A stretch of 63,800 bases of DNA, counting the filler, from Reclinomonas americana ATCC 50394 (taxonomy: Eukaryota): NCBI GenBank assembly GCA_048213135.1. It is 18 parts of 18 records of this genome, joined end to end, with 100 filler letters (N's around TTAATTAATTAA, not from the genome) between each part and the next. Parts side by side here need not be neighbours in the genome. Positions count along the whole stretch, not along the records: positions 37,960 to 42,618 come from AFZH01018024.1; positions 42,719 to 44,334 come from AFZH01018025.1; positions 44,435 to 45,914 come from AFZH01018026.1; positions 46,015 to 49,294 come from AFZH01018027.1; positions 49,395 to 50,862 come from AFZH01018028.1; positions 50,963 to 52,407 come from AFZH01018029.1; positions 52,508 to 59,105 come from AFZH01018030.1; 11 more parts are not named here. One strand, written 5' to 3'. Position 1 is the first letter of the stretch. Each line of letters opens with the position of its first letter. A model generated the notes under the pieces. That model saw only the letters and a program-made list of their open reading frames with translations, made no database searches and had not been told where the DNA came from. The translations under genes and the position numbers were made by a program. This document shows, in pieces, positions 38,501 through 53,191 of the stretch.

Positions 38501-39019
38501 CTCTCTCACACACACACACAAGCACCACACAAAACACACACAAGCAACACACAAACAAGACACAAACAAAACAAAAAACACACTCAATCACTGCTTCACT
38601 GCTTCACTCACTGTCACATTGTCATCACTCAGTCTCTCTCTCACTCAAAGACACACTCCCTCACCATTCCCTCCTCTTTTCCTCCCCTTTCATCACCCTT
38701 TCCTCCCATTATCCTCCCTTCCCAATCACTCACCCGAGATCAACGTGAGCGAGCCAAACACAAAGCCCGCCACAATCTCCAACACTGTAAACACGCCCAT
38801 CACTGCCGACAGAATCACAATGCGCGTCGTGTTGCGCGACAGAGCACAACAACAACATGCGCATGAGGAGGAGGGAGACTTGCTCTTTGTGTGTGGTGTT
38901 TTTCTCATTGTAGTTGAAGAAGAGTGGGCATGAGAGACTATGAGGAGGCCTGATCGCTCGTCAGCGTTTACACTGGCGGGAGGAGGTGTGTGGGAGTGGT
39001 GAGAGTGCGAGTGACCCAT
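35542..39019 (-). CDS. Cation diffusion facilitator (SLC30/ZnT, Zrc1-like) zinc transporter with His-rich segments
   Basis: LEIVAGFVFGSLTLIS/DGYHRLFD, TFGYERAGVIGALING, His-rich loop, DLNMLGFFLHLVADLIG, YYVDP, ILMQGVP, IHDVHLWQL, FGIPHVTVQLE. Start MGHSHSHHSH at 39019. Confidence 0.93.
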
Positions 39020-40760
39020 TCTCTGTGGGTGAATGCAATGCAATATATTGTCCCGTGACGTTTTACTTCGCTGTCTGAGAGGCTTGCAAGCGGTTCTGAA
39101 GTGGAGGAAGCAGTGTAACACCTGCAGAAATGGGTCCTGAAGTTTAGAGCATGGGAACTGCTCTCCGTTTCATTCTGTGGCAGCAACAACACGCGCGCAG
39201 CGCGCAAGAAAACTTGCTCTTTGTGTCTTTCTCATTGTAGTTGAAGAAGAGTGGGCATGAGAGACTATGAGGAGGCCTGATCGCTCGTCAGCGTTTACAC
39301 TGGCGGGAGGAGGTGTGTGGGAGTGGTGAGAGTGCGAGTGGCCCATTCTCCTTGTGGAAAATGCAATGCAATATCCGTCAGCGATCAGTGTCATGATCAG
39401 TGTTGGCGGGAAGACAATGCTCGCGTCCGCGGAACTCGCGCGGCTGCGGCTATTAGGCCGCACCTAGGTTTTCTTGTATCGCTCCTGCAGCTCGTAAATG
39501 GCCCGAAAACTATGGGACCTAACTGTTGTGCTTACACATCACCCAACAACCTTTTATTCGTTGTTTTCAATTTTTGCAGCTTACGCACCGTTCGCACAAT
39601 CCAATATCGACCATGACACGCTGAACGCCGTGATCGTTAATGGTGAAAAATGGAGGCCGTCTATCTCTCGGAGAGTACGTGGAATACGTAGGTGAGAAGC
39701 ACCACTCGACAACGTACGCGATCACTGCCGACAGATGTTGCTCCGGCAAATTGTCCACTGCATATAAGCGTCTACCGAACACCATGATCGTGGCTGCGGC
39801 AGAGCATGGCTGCTTCATAACCGAACATGCTCGGTATCAGACGCCACTGAGGTAACAACGTCGCAGCGTTGCAATTGAACGTCACGACAACGCACTGCGT
39901 CACGGTTACAGCAGACAATGTGGTAGTAAGTCGACCTAAAATAATAGTACGCAACAAAGAGCATCTAGATCTGCTGTCCCCCACATACAAGCGTCTACCG
40001 AACACCATGATATCATGATGGTGGCTGACATGTACACAAAACCATGATCGTGGCTGCATGCGCATTGTAACCGAACGTGCTCGGTATCCGACGCCACTGT
40101 GATATCAACTTCGCAGCATTGAACGCGCACGTCATGGTCAGCGCACACAAAATGCACGAACGCAGCGCTAGCGTCACGGTTTCAGCAAACAAAGTGTGCG
40201 TGTCATGATCAAGCGCTGCATCCCCGGTCCATCGCTCTGCCGTGCAAAAGCAGTACAATACTCGCGCGACTCACACAACGTACACGCGCACACTAAAGCG
40301 GCCGTGACGGCATAGCCGTCAGGATCCTTGTTTTGTCCCGTGACGTTTTGCTTCGTGCACTGCAGCCCGTGAGGTTTGCAAGCGGCTCTCAAGTGGAGGA
40401 AGCTGTACAATACATGCAAGAACTGGTCCTGAAGTTTAGTGCACGGGAACTGCTCTCCTTTTCTTTCTGTGGCAACAACAACACGCGCGCAAGAAGACTT
40501 ACTCTTTGCAATTGTGCGTGGTGTCTTTCTCATTGCAGTTGAAGAAGAGGAAGAGTGGGCATGAGAGACTATGAGGAGACGTGATCTCTCGTCGGCGTTT
40601 ACACTGACGGGAGGAGGTGTGTGGGAGTGGTGAGAGTGCGAGTGACCAATGCTCTCTCAGACAAACTGGTTGTCCCGTGAAGTTTGCTTCCTGCACTGCA
40701 GCCCGTGAGGTCTGCAAGCGGTTCTGAAGTGGAGGAAGCTGAATAATACCTGCAGCAAAA
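38877..40760. repeat. ~335-bp unit containing the CDF gene start, repeated in tandem (38877-39374) and again at 40333-40760
   Basis: GAAGAGTGGGCATGAGAGACTATGAGGAG...GGAGGAGGTGTGTGGGAGTGGTGAGAGTGCGAGTG occurs three times, at ~38919, 39246 and 40551. Confidence 0.9.
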
Positions 40761-40874
40761 AATGTGGAAGTTTGGCGTGCACGTGGACCACCCTTCGGTT
40801 CGACCATTCTTGCAAAACAATTCCTCCCTTCATTTGATTCCCCTTCTACTTCCCCTTCCCCATCTCCTCCCGCG

Positions 40875-44793
<3,919 letters not shown>

Positions 44794-45080
44794 GACGCGT
44801 GTGCGTGTGTGAGTCTGTGTGTGTGTGTGTGTGAATAAATTGATGGATGGGGACAAACCGATGGGACAATGCTGGTTTGCCTCTTCGTGTGGCACGATAC
44901 TCAGACGACTGCCCTTTGGCGAATCATGGTCTCTGCCTCCGTTGTGCCTTTCGGCCACCAATGGCGCTGCGTACTGATGTAGAGTTGTGCATGACCGTTT
45001 TGGATGAATTCGCTGTTGGAGAAGGGCACGGAGGTGTACGCCGCGCCCTAAAGCGTGCTAGTCGATCTGGCGTTTATTCA

Positions 45081-45364
45081 GGACCCGGCTTTGCTTTGTT
45101 TGCCTGGCTTATGGCCTTTTCCCGAATTCGATGTACCGTGTACGATCGCAGAAAACGCTATGCGTCTTATGCAAGTGCGTCAAATCCACTGGTCAACCAC
45201 GCTCATGCGGTGAAGCAGTTCTCGACTTGTTCGGAGCTCCGAGAGCGAACACACACACACAAGGTACCTGCTGCTGCCTCAAGATTGGTGTCTGTATTGA
45301 TGTTTTGGATACGGTTGAACTTGGTCATCAAGACAGCTGTTGCTTGTTTGTTGGTGAATGAATT
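45081..45364. repeat. Dispersed repeat, copy A (partner at 52762-52929)
   Basis: 45292-45364 matches 52762-52834 in direct orientation. 45081-45167 matches 52844-52929 as reverse complement. Confidence 0.85.
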
Positions 45365-45697
45365 GTTGCAACTTTTTTCTCGTACGTTCCTCTCACGTCT
45401 CGGTTTCTCGTGCTCACTCAAAATGGGGATCATCATGCAGCGGTGCTACTGTTTGGATCACTTACGACGCTGTTGTAGTTGCTGCTGGCGTTCAAGCAGG
45501 CTTACGACCGAAACATCGACGTCGATGTTCTCCGCAGTTCTCTAACTGCATTTGAATTCGTCTTCGCGGCACAGTGCACGCGAAAGCCCGTTACCCCTCA
45601 TAGCCCTCTCCCCGCACCTCGTCGCAGACAAGAACATCTTGTGTAAGCGCGCGCTCGCGCACTTGTCCTGCATTACCAAATTTGAGCAGTGAGAGAA

Positions 45698-48600
45698 ATG
45701 GCGACTGGCCTCTCCTCTGACGGCGGCGAGTACTACGAGGCTGAGTGTGAGCGCCTCGAGCCCTCACTTGTCAACATCATTGATCAGCAATCACTCAAGT
45801 TGCGAGAGAGAAAGAGAGAGAGAGAGAGCGCCATGTGCACAATGTACACACAGAAAGAGAGAGAGAGAGAGAGAGGCAGGAAGAGAGGCAGGGAGGTAGG
45901 GAGGGAGTGATTGANNNNNNNNNNNNNNNNNNNNNNNNNNNNNNNNNNNNNNNNNNNNTTAATTAATTAANNNNNNNNNNNNNNNNNNNNNNNNNNNNNN
46001 NNNNNNNNNNNNNNAAGGATGGGAGGGAGGGAGGGGGAGGGGAGAGAGAGAGAGAGAGTGAGTGAGTGCAGTGAGAGAGAGAGAAAAGAGAGGGAGAGAG
46101 AGAAGAGAGAGGGAGAGAGACAAAGAGAGACAGAGAACAAGAGAGACGGAACGTGAGAGCGCAGAGCAACACAGTGCGAAGCAGAGCAGACACACACACC
46201 TCACACACACACACATGCGCGCGCACACACACACACACACGCAGAGAGAGGCAAAGAGAGACAGAGAGACAGGGCGAGGAGAGACAGAACGAGAGCGCTT
46301 AGCAAGACAGTGTGGAGACGAGTCATGTATACTTGCACACACACACACACACACATGCACACACACTCACACAGGGAGAGACGGAGACAGAGAGCAAGAG
46401 ACGGACCGAGAGATCGCATTGCAAGACAGCGTGGAGTCGAGTCATGTATACATGCACACACACACACAGAGGCAGAGAGAGACAGAGAGACTGGGAGAGA
46501 CAGGGAACGAGAGAGCGCAGAGCAACACAGTGAGAAGCAGAGCAGACACACACACACACACACACACATACACACACACACGCACACACGCACACACATG
46601 CACACACACCAGAGTGAGAGCAGTGGCGAGCAGAGAGGAAGCATGACATGCGAGGCTATAGGGAACATGAGACTCTTGAGGAAGGGAGAACGACATGCAC
46701 TCACGCCCTTTCTCATTCTCCTTCTCCTCCGTCCTGACTCTCTTTCTCCTTTGCAGACGCCTTTAATCAAAAGTTCTCTGGCGAACCCACGCTGGTGAAT
46801 GGCTTCCGGAATCTGTACGCCATGGAGATCGACACCAAGGCTCCCCAGGAGGAGTTGTTGCAGACGCAAGCAGCCTCGCTGCTCGGGCAGTTGCAGCAGT
46901 CCATTCCCGGTATTGATGAGGTCATGGCGTTTGCGACGTTGATGAGGTGCGTGGATAAGGAGAGGGATCGCCAAGCGAAAGAAGGTTGCTTGTGATGTGT
47001 CTCTCTCTCTGTCTCTCATTTCTCTCTCTCACACCCTCTTCTACTCGCGCTCTCTCATTCTCTCACTATTTCTGCGTGTGTCACTACCTCTTCCTTCTTG
47101 CGGACTCATTCTCTCAGAATCTGTGTGGCAAACTTCTGTGTTTCAGTTTCGCAGTCTGTCTACTGTGCAGTGGCCTCCCCCTTTCTCTGTGTCTTTGTGT
47201 GCTCCACTGTGTCTCAGTCTTCCTCTCTCTCTCTCTCACACACACTCTCACTCTCTGGTCTTCGTCTGCCTATTAGAATGCATCTCCCAGCCTTTGCAAC
47301 AGCCTGTCTCCATCTTTCTGTCTCGCTCTCTCACGCGGTGCGCGTGTCCGTTCGCCTCTCAGTACACATCTCCCTCCTCGTCTCTATTCTCATTCTCTCT
47401 CACATCTACCACACTTTCTCTCCCTCTCTGATATTAGTGTCTCCGTCTGCCTCTCAGCACTCATCTCTCTGCCTGCGTAAGGCTCTCTCCCTCTCCCTAC
47501 TTGTGTGTCTCTACCTGTCTCTTGCTCTCCATTTCGCGCTCTCGCTCTCCTCCCCTCTTTCCTCTCTCTCTCTCCCATTCTCTCATTTCTCACTTTTCTT
47601 GCCCCTCGCAGACAAGTGGAGAGCTATCCCTTCTCCACCATTGTGTTCGACACGGCTCCCACAGGTCACACACTGAGACTGCTGTCGTTCCCCACGACAA
47701 CCATGGTTTGTCGCGCTCGCGTGCCCACCCATCCGCCCTCCCTCCCTCCGCACTTGTGACTCACATTGTGGGATCGCAGGGTGGCCTTGGCAAGCTTATG
47801 AAGACGCAGGGCCTGCAAGATGTCATGCACCAACTGGCCAGCATGGTGTTGGGCCCATCCGAGAGCGACGTGTCGGTGACGCAGGTGTTTTCGCGCAACG
47901 AGGATCGCATGAAGGAGCTCGCCGTGCAGCTCAAAGATCCAGTTGCGAATGCTGTCCTTTTTTCTCGGTTCCTTTGTCTCGATCTTTTTCTTAGTCCCTT
48001 TCCTCGGTCTCTGTTTCTCAGTCCCTTTCTCTCAGTCCCTTCTTTCTCGGGTCCCTTTTCTCAGACCCATTATCTCAGTTTCTCTCGTTTTCCTTTGTTT
48101 CGGACTCCTTTCTTCGGTATATTTCTCTCGGTTCTTTGTCTCCGTCCCCTTGTGTCAGACACCTTCCCTTTCGCTCGGTCCTTTTCTCTCAGTCCCTTTT
48201 CTGGTTTCAGTCCCCTGTCGGTCTTATTTCTTGGTCTTTCAGTCCCTTATCTATCCCTTTCTCTCGGCCTTTTTCACTCAGTCCTGTTTCTCAGTCACCT
48301 TTCCTCAGTCCCTTTTTCTCGGTCTCTTTCTCGGTCTCTTTCTCGGTTCCTTTCTCTCAATCCTTTTCCTCGGTCTCTTCTCTCAGGGACTTTCTCTCGA
48401 TCTCTCTTTCTCAGTCCCTTTCTCTCGGTCTTTTTCTCTCAGTCTTTTCTTTGGTGCCTTTCTCGGTCCTTATTCTCAGTCACCTTTCTCTCGTTCCTTT
48501 TCTCTCGTTCCCTTTCTCTCGTTCCCTTTCTCTCGGTCTCTTTTTCTCATTCCCTGTCTTCCCTTTTTCTCAGACCCCATTCTTCTGTCCCTCTCTCGAT

Positions 48601-49134
48601 CTCTTCATTGCAGTCCTCTTATTTCAGTACCTTCCTCTCTCTCCCTCACCCTCTCTCCTTCGCACCACCAGGACCACACCACCTTCATCGCCGTCTGCAT
48701 CCCCGAATTCCTCTCGCTCTACGAAACCGAGCGCCTCATCCAGGAGCTGACACGCAACGAAATCGACTGCCACAATATCGTCGTCAATCAGTTGCTCTAC
48801 CAAGGTCAGCCCGCGTCGCTATCACTGCTCTCCCCCGCACGTGCATGCACTCACATCTTCTCTCCCTTTCTCGCGTGAAGAACCCGGCTACCACAGCCGC
48901 CTGCTGAACGCCCGCATGAGAATTCAACAAAAGTATCTGGCGCAAATCGAGGAGCTGTACGAGGACTTCCACGTGGTGAAATTGCCGCTGGCCCTCGAGG
49001 AGGTGCGAGGGTACGAGCAGTTGCGCCTGTTTGCGCAGAATCTGGTGTGTCCGGCCGAATGTTTGCAGGCAACGGGGGAGGCGGAGGGGTCATCAGCAGC
49101 AGCAGCAGCAGCAGCAGCGGCGCCAAAAGAATGA
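45698..49134 (+). CDS. GET3: GET3/ASNA1 (TRC40) tail-anchored protein targeting ATPase; P-loop exon lost in gap
   Basis: [116 protein letters not shown]. Confidence 0.95.
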
Positions 49135-49589
49135 ATTGCGTTGCTGTTTGTCTAAAGAACTTGCGCACGTGGAGAGCGTTGGAAGCAGGAGCACTTGCGT
49201 CGTGCGTCAGCGGTGAGGGGGAGGGGAGGGGGAATGGGAGGTAGGGGAGAGAGAGAGAGAGAGGAGGGAGGGAGGGAGGGAGAAGAAAGAAAAGNNNNNN
49301 NNNNNNNNNNNNNNNNNNNNNNNNNNNNNNNNNNNNNNTTAATTAATTAANNNNNNNNNNNNNNNNNNNNNNNNNNNNNNNNNNNNNNNNNNNNGTGTAG
49401 TGTTCAACACATCCGTCGCCGGGTCATTTTCCGGGGAGCGCTGCTCGCACACACTCGCAATCATTTTCCGCTTCTCACACGCGACTCCTAAGCATGCAAC
49501 ATGCGCATTCGCGCGCATTTTTTCTCTGTGGACATGTGCCCTTCGTGCTGGTTGCTCTCTGCGCTTCTGACATTCGTGTGTGTTTCTGC

Positions 49590-51100
49590 CTTGCCGATGT
49601 GGTGTCTTCCGTTCGTGAGGCGCAGCTGGTCCTGGATCTGTCCAAGCGTTTGGCCGAGTGGTCTGGCATTGCCGACAACCCGCAGAAGTCATTGGTGTTG
49701 GCTCTGCGTGCTCGGAACAAGCCGAACTGGTCCAATGCAGGCGCAGAACTTTGTGGCGGAGGAGTTCGATCCCGAGCTGCTGATGGCTGGCATTGCGTTG
49801 CGATCCATGTCATCTGTCACTGAGTGCGATCGTTGGCTTGGCTACCGGTACCCGTTCTACTCACCGACGTGTACAAGTGAGGCGAAGAAGCAAGTGGCGG
49901 AGATGCTGGAGAAGCAGCTCTTCACGCCATCAAGAAGTCGTCGCTGTTGCCGCTCCAGAAGGTGGATGCCGTTCGCCGCTTCGTCCTCACCAAGGCCACC
50001 TTTGTCATTTCGGCCGTGGAGCTTCAGCCGGAAGTGCTCGCCACAATCGACCGCAAGATCCGCGACAGCATCCGACTCTGCTTGGCCTCGACTACGACTC
50101 CGGCACACCCTTCCTCTACACTCCGCTAGCGCTGTCGGCCTCTCTGTTGTGATCAACTCGGCGGTGAAGCTGTTGACACACCGCCGACCGCTGACTCGCC
50201 GTGTGGCGGAGCACATGCTCCACTGCTCGGTGAAGGCGGCCGGTGGTCGTGTTGACGACTTTTCGCCGTTGCCGACTGCTGGTTTGGTGGACAAGTACCG
50301 GCAGTCGAACGAGGTCGCAGACGTCAATCGCCAGCAGCTGCCAGTTGCCACGCCACAGCGGTATTTCTCTGTGTTGCTGTCTCCTGTTGCTCCTCCGGCT
50401 GGTGCTGCTAGCGCTGCGGTTGCTCCTGGTGCAGGTACTCGGTTTCAAGTGGCCGCTGATCCGAATGCTCCTCGCCGCGCTGTTCGCTCCAATCTGATGG
50501 GTGTTACACTCGGGCACGCTCTGAAGTTGGGTGTCAGTGTGGAGGTGCATCCGGCTGCTGCTGCTGGTCAACCTCCGTTGGTGGTCGGACGGCTGGCTGA
50601 CGGTGGTGTTGTGTTTCCCTTTGCCTCTCGCTTTTTGCCTGCCATGTCACACTTCTACTCCAAGCGCCGCATTGTGAGCTGGAAGGCCTTGCGGAAGTGT
50701 GGTGCCTTTGTCGACTTTCTGCAGAAGGCTGCTGCTGGAACCCATGACGTGGTGGCTCAGGGCAACAGCATTACCGAGAAGGAGCAGCGCTTCCTGTGCA
50801 AGATGCGGACCAACTCCGTCATGCTCAACAACAAGGCGGCAGTCATCAGCGGCAACCCTGGTNNNNNNNNNNNNNNNNNNNNNNNNNNNNNNNNNNNNNN
50901 NNNNNNTTAATTAATTAANNNNNNNNNNNNNNNNNNNNNNNNNNNNNNNNNNNNNNNNNNNNCCGTGCACAGGTTCCCTCGACTGTGGCGGCAGTACGAG
51001 GTACCCAAGCACAGTGGGGTCGGTGTTGCGTTAAGTCGGCGACAACGTCCGCCCGAAGCCGGTGGGCCGCACGCTCTTCACCACCAGACTTACACGCTAC
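49590..51100 (+). mobile_element. Decayed, 5'-truncated non-LTR retrotransposon of the restriction-like-endonuclease group (R2/NeSL/R4-like)
   Basis: Frameshifted, intronless pieces resemble RT motif 6 (WSGIADNPQKSLVL), motif 7 (DRWLGY), thumb (PLQKVDAVRRFVLTKATF...IDRKIRDSIRLCL) and the pre-zinc-knuckle block (EQRFLCKMRTNSV). Knuckle and endonuclease would fall in the 50863 gap. Motif recognition is from memory only. Confidence 0.65.
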
Positions 51101-51289
51101 CGCGAACAACGCAACGTGCGCTTGTTACAGCGCACTCCGACCTCCGACTGCCTACTTGTGTGGCGGCACAAGCAGACAGTTGCAAGGTGACATCAAAACC
51201 GAGAGAAATAAGACGAGACAGACGGAAACGAGCAAAACGAGGATGGGAAGGACGAAGAGACGAGCAAAGAAAAGGGTGGGTCGGGAGGG

Positions 51290-52406
51290 CCTCTCCTACA
51301 CGACGAGCAAAACGAGGATGAGTCGGATGAACCGACTAGAGAAATGGACTCATCCTCGCAAAAATCATGTTGCTTACGCAAAATGAAACATTTGCTCGTC
51401 CTTCGTCCATAAGAAAGGGTCATCTGGAGCGACGAAGGAGGAAATAAAAGAAAAAATTGGATAGAGGTCCGAAGAGAAAGAGGGGGAGGTTCCACGTGCT
51501 GTTTTTAGGTTTTTCACGCGTGGAATTTTGTGCAAGTCAGGGACAGAACATCAAAATCATACTCCATATGAACTGAACCCGATAGGAACCTCAGGAGAGG
51601 GGGCGATGACGCAGCCGTCTCCGACGAAAATGGCCACCAACACGACCCGGAGAAAGAGCATGTCGTCGTGACGTAAGTGGGGGGTCTCCGGGCGGCCTCG
51701 GACGTGAGCGAGAAGCACGCGAAACTTCCGCTCAGGGTGCAGAAATCGTGACGCTGGCGACACACAGACCAGCGGGCACCTTGGACGTCCGGCAGGGGTG
51801 AGAGGCACTGCGATTTTCCGCTCGCACGCAGTTGCAGTCTCACAGTCGGTTGTTGTTGAAGAATTCAGCCTCGTGTGGTGGCGCCGCAACAATGGCGGCT
51901 CGCAGAAGGACCGTTGGTCTGGCAAGCAGACGGGGAGGAATGAAAGGAGATAGATAGAGGGTAGGAGACCGGTGCGGCGACACCCGCGCGCCACCTACGT
52001 CATCAAGCGGACGACAGACGGCGACACGCAAGGTGCGTCACTCTCCGACGGAGACATGGAGTGCCAACCTCCACGGCACGTACAGTGGCCAAAGAGTGGT
52101 ATGCCACTGCTTCCACGCTCGTGACATCGGAGGAGGTGACGTAATCTGCCACGTGGCATTTCTCCGGTTAGCGGAGTTCATCACGGTGACAGCGACATCG
52201 CCACACGCGGCAGGCGACACGCCGCGCGCGCAAAGAAACCAGTGAAGGCCTCGCGCGCGCAAACGAGTGCCTTGCGCGCAGGGACGAACGAGAGGCAGGT
52301 TGTCCCCTCTCCTACACGACGAGCAAAACGAGGATGAGTCGGATGAACCGACTAGAGAAATGGACTCATCCTCGCAAAAATCATGTTGCTTACGCAAAAT
52401 GAAACA
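51290..52406. repeat. Identical 101-bp direct repeats (51290-51390, 52306-52406) 1016 bp apart, with internal inverted repeats
   Basis: Base-by-base identity; the second copy runs into the gap. Perfect 12-bp stem 51313-51324/51347-51358. Confidence 0.92.
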
Positions 52407-52761
52407 ANNNNNNNNNNNNNNNNNNNNNNNNNNNNNNNNNNNNNNNNNNNNTTAATTAATTAANNNNNNNNNNNNNNNNNNNNNNNNNNNNNNNNNNNNN
52501 NNNNNNNATCATTGTGTCGCGTGTGGTGGTTGAGTCCCGCTCATGTCTCTCTCAAAATGGCACGCTACGTGTAGCGTGCTCGAGCCGTGTTGGGCGCACT
52601 GGTGCACCCAACACGCGTGATGCCGCTCAAACGAAGGCACAACTGTCTCCCAGCGTCACTCCCGGGTGGTAACGGTCAGACCATAGACCTAGACCAAAGA
52701 CTACCACCACGGAAGTGCCAACCAGGTGGCTTGCTCTCGTAAGAGAGGAAGCCTACAGAAG

Positions 52762-52929
52762 CTGTGTTGATGTTTTGGATACGGTTGAACTTGGTCATCA
52801 AGACAGCTGTTGCTTGTTTGTTGGTGAATGAATTTGTTGTTGTAGACGCATAGCGTTTTCTACGATCGTACACGGCACATCGAATTCGGGGAAAGGCCAT
52901 AGCCGGGCAAACAAATCCAAGCCGGGTCC
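52762..52929. repeat. Dispersed repeat, copy B (rearranged relative to 45081-45364)
   Basis: Two adjacent blocks match copy A, one direct and one inverted. Confidence 0.85.
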
Positions 52930-53191
52930 GGATCCGTGCAGCAAGTTCGAGAATAAAAGTCGAAATGTCTAAAGCTGGCGTTTCTGCAAGAGAAACCACG
53001 GCACCGGCTTGGGTTTGACGCCAAACTCCAGATAGAAAGACAGGAAGACAACATGTGGACATCTAAAAACCAACAAAGCGAGCCTCGCAAGCTGAAGCTA
53101 TGTAGTCCAGTCTCGAAAGTGTTGGACACTTACACTCTCCGTCCGTCACCCAGACCACTGCCTATCTCTCTCTACCGCACTACTCAGTTGC

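Noticed and set aside
51313..51360. Hammerhead ribozyme in the 101-bp repeat (CGGATGA...GAAA)
   Set aside because: The core deviates from CUGANGA, and no stem II, stem III or cleavage triplet can be built.
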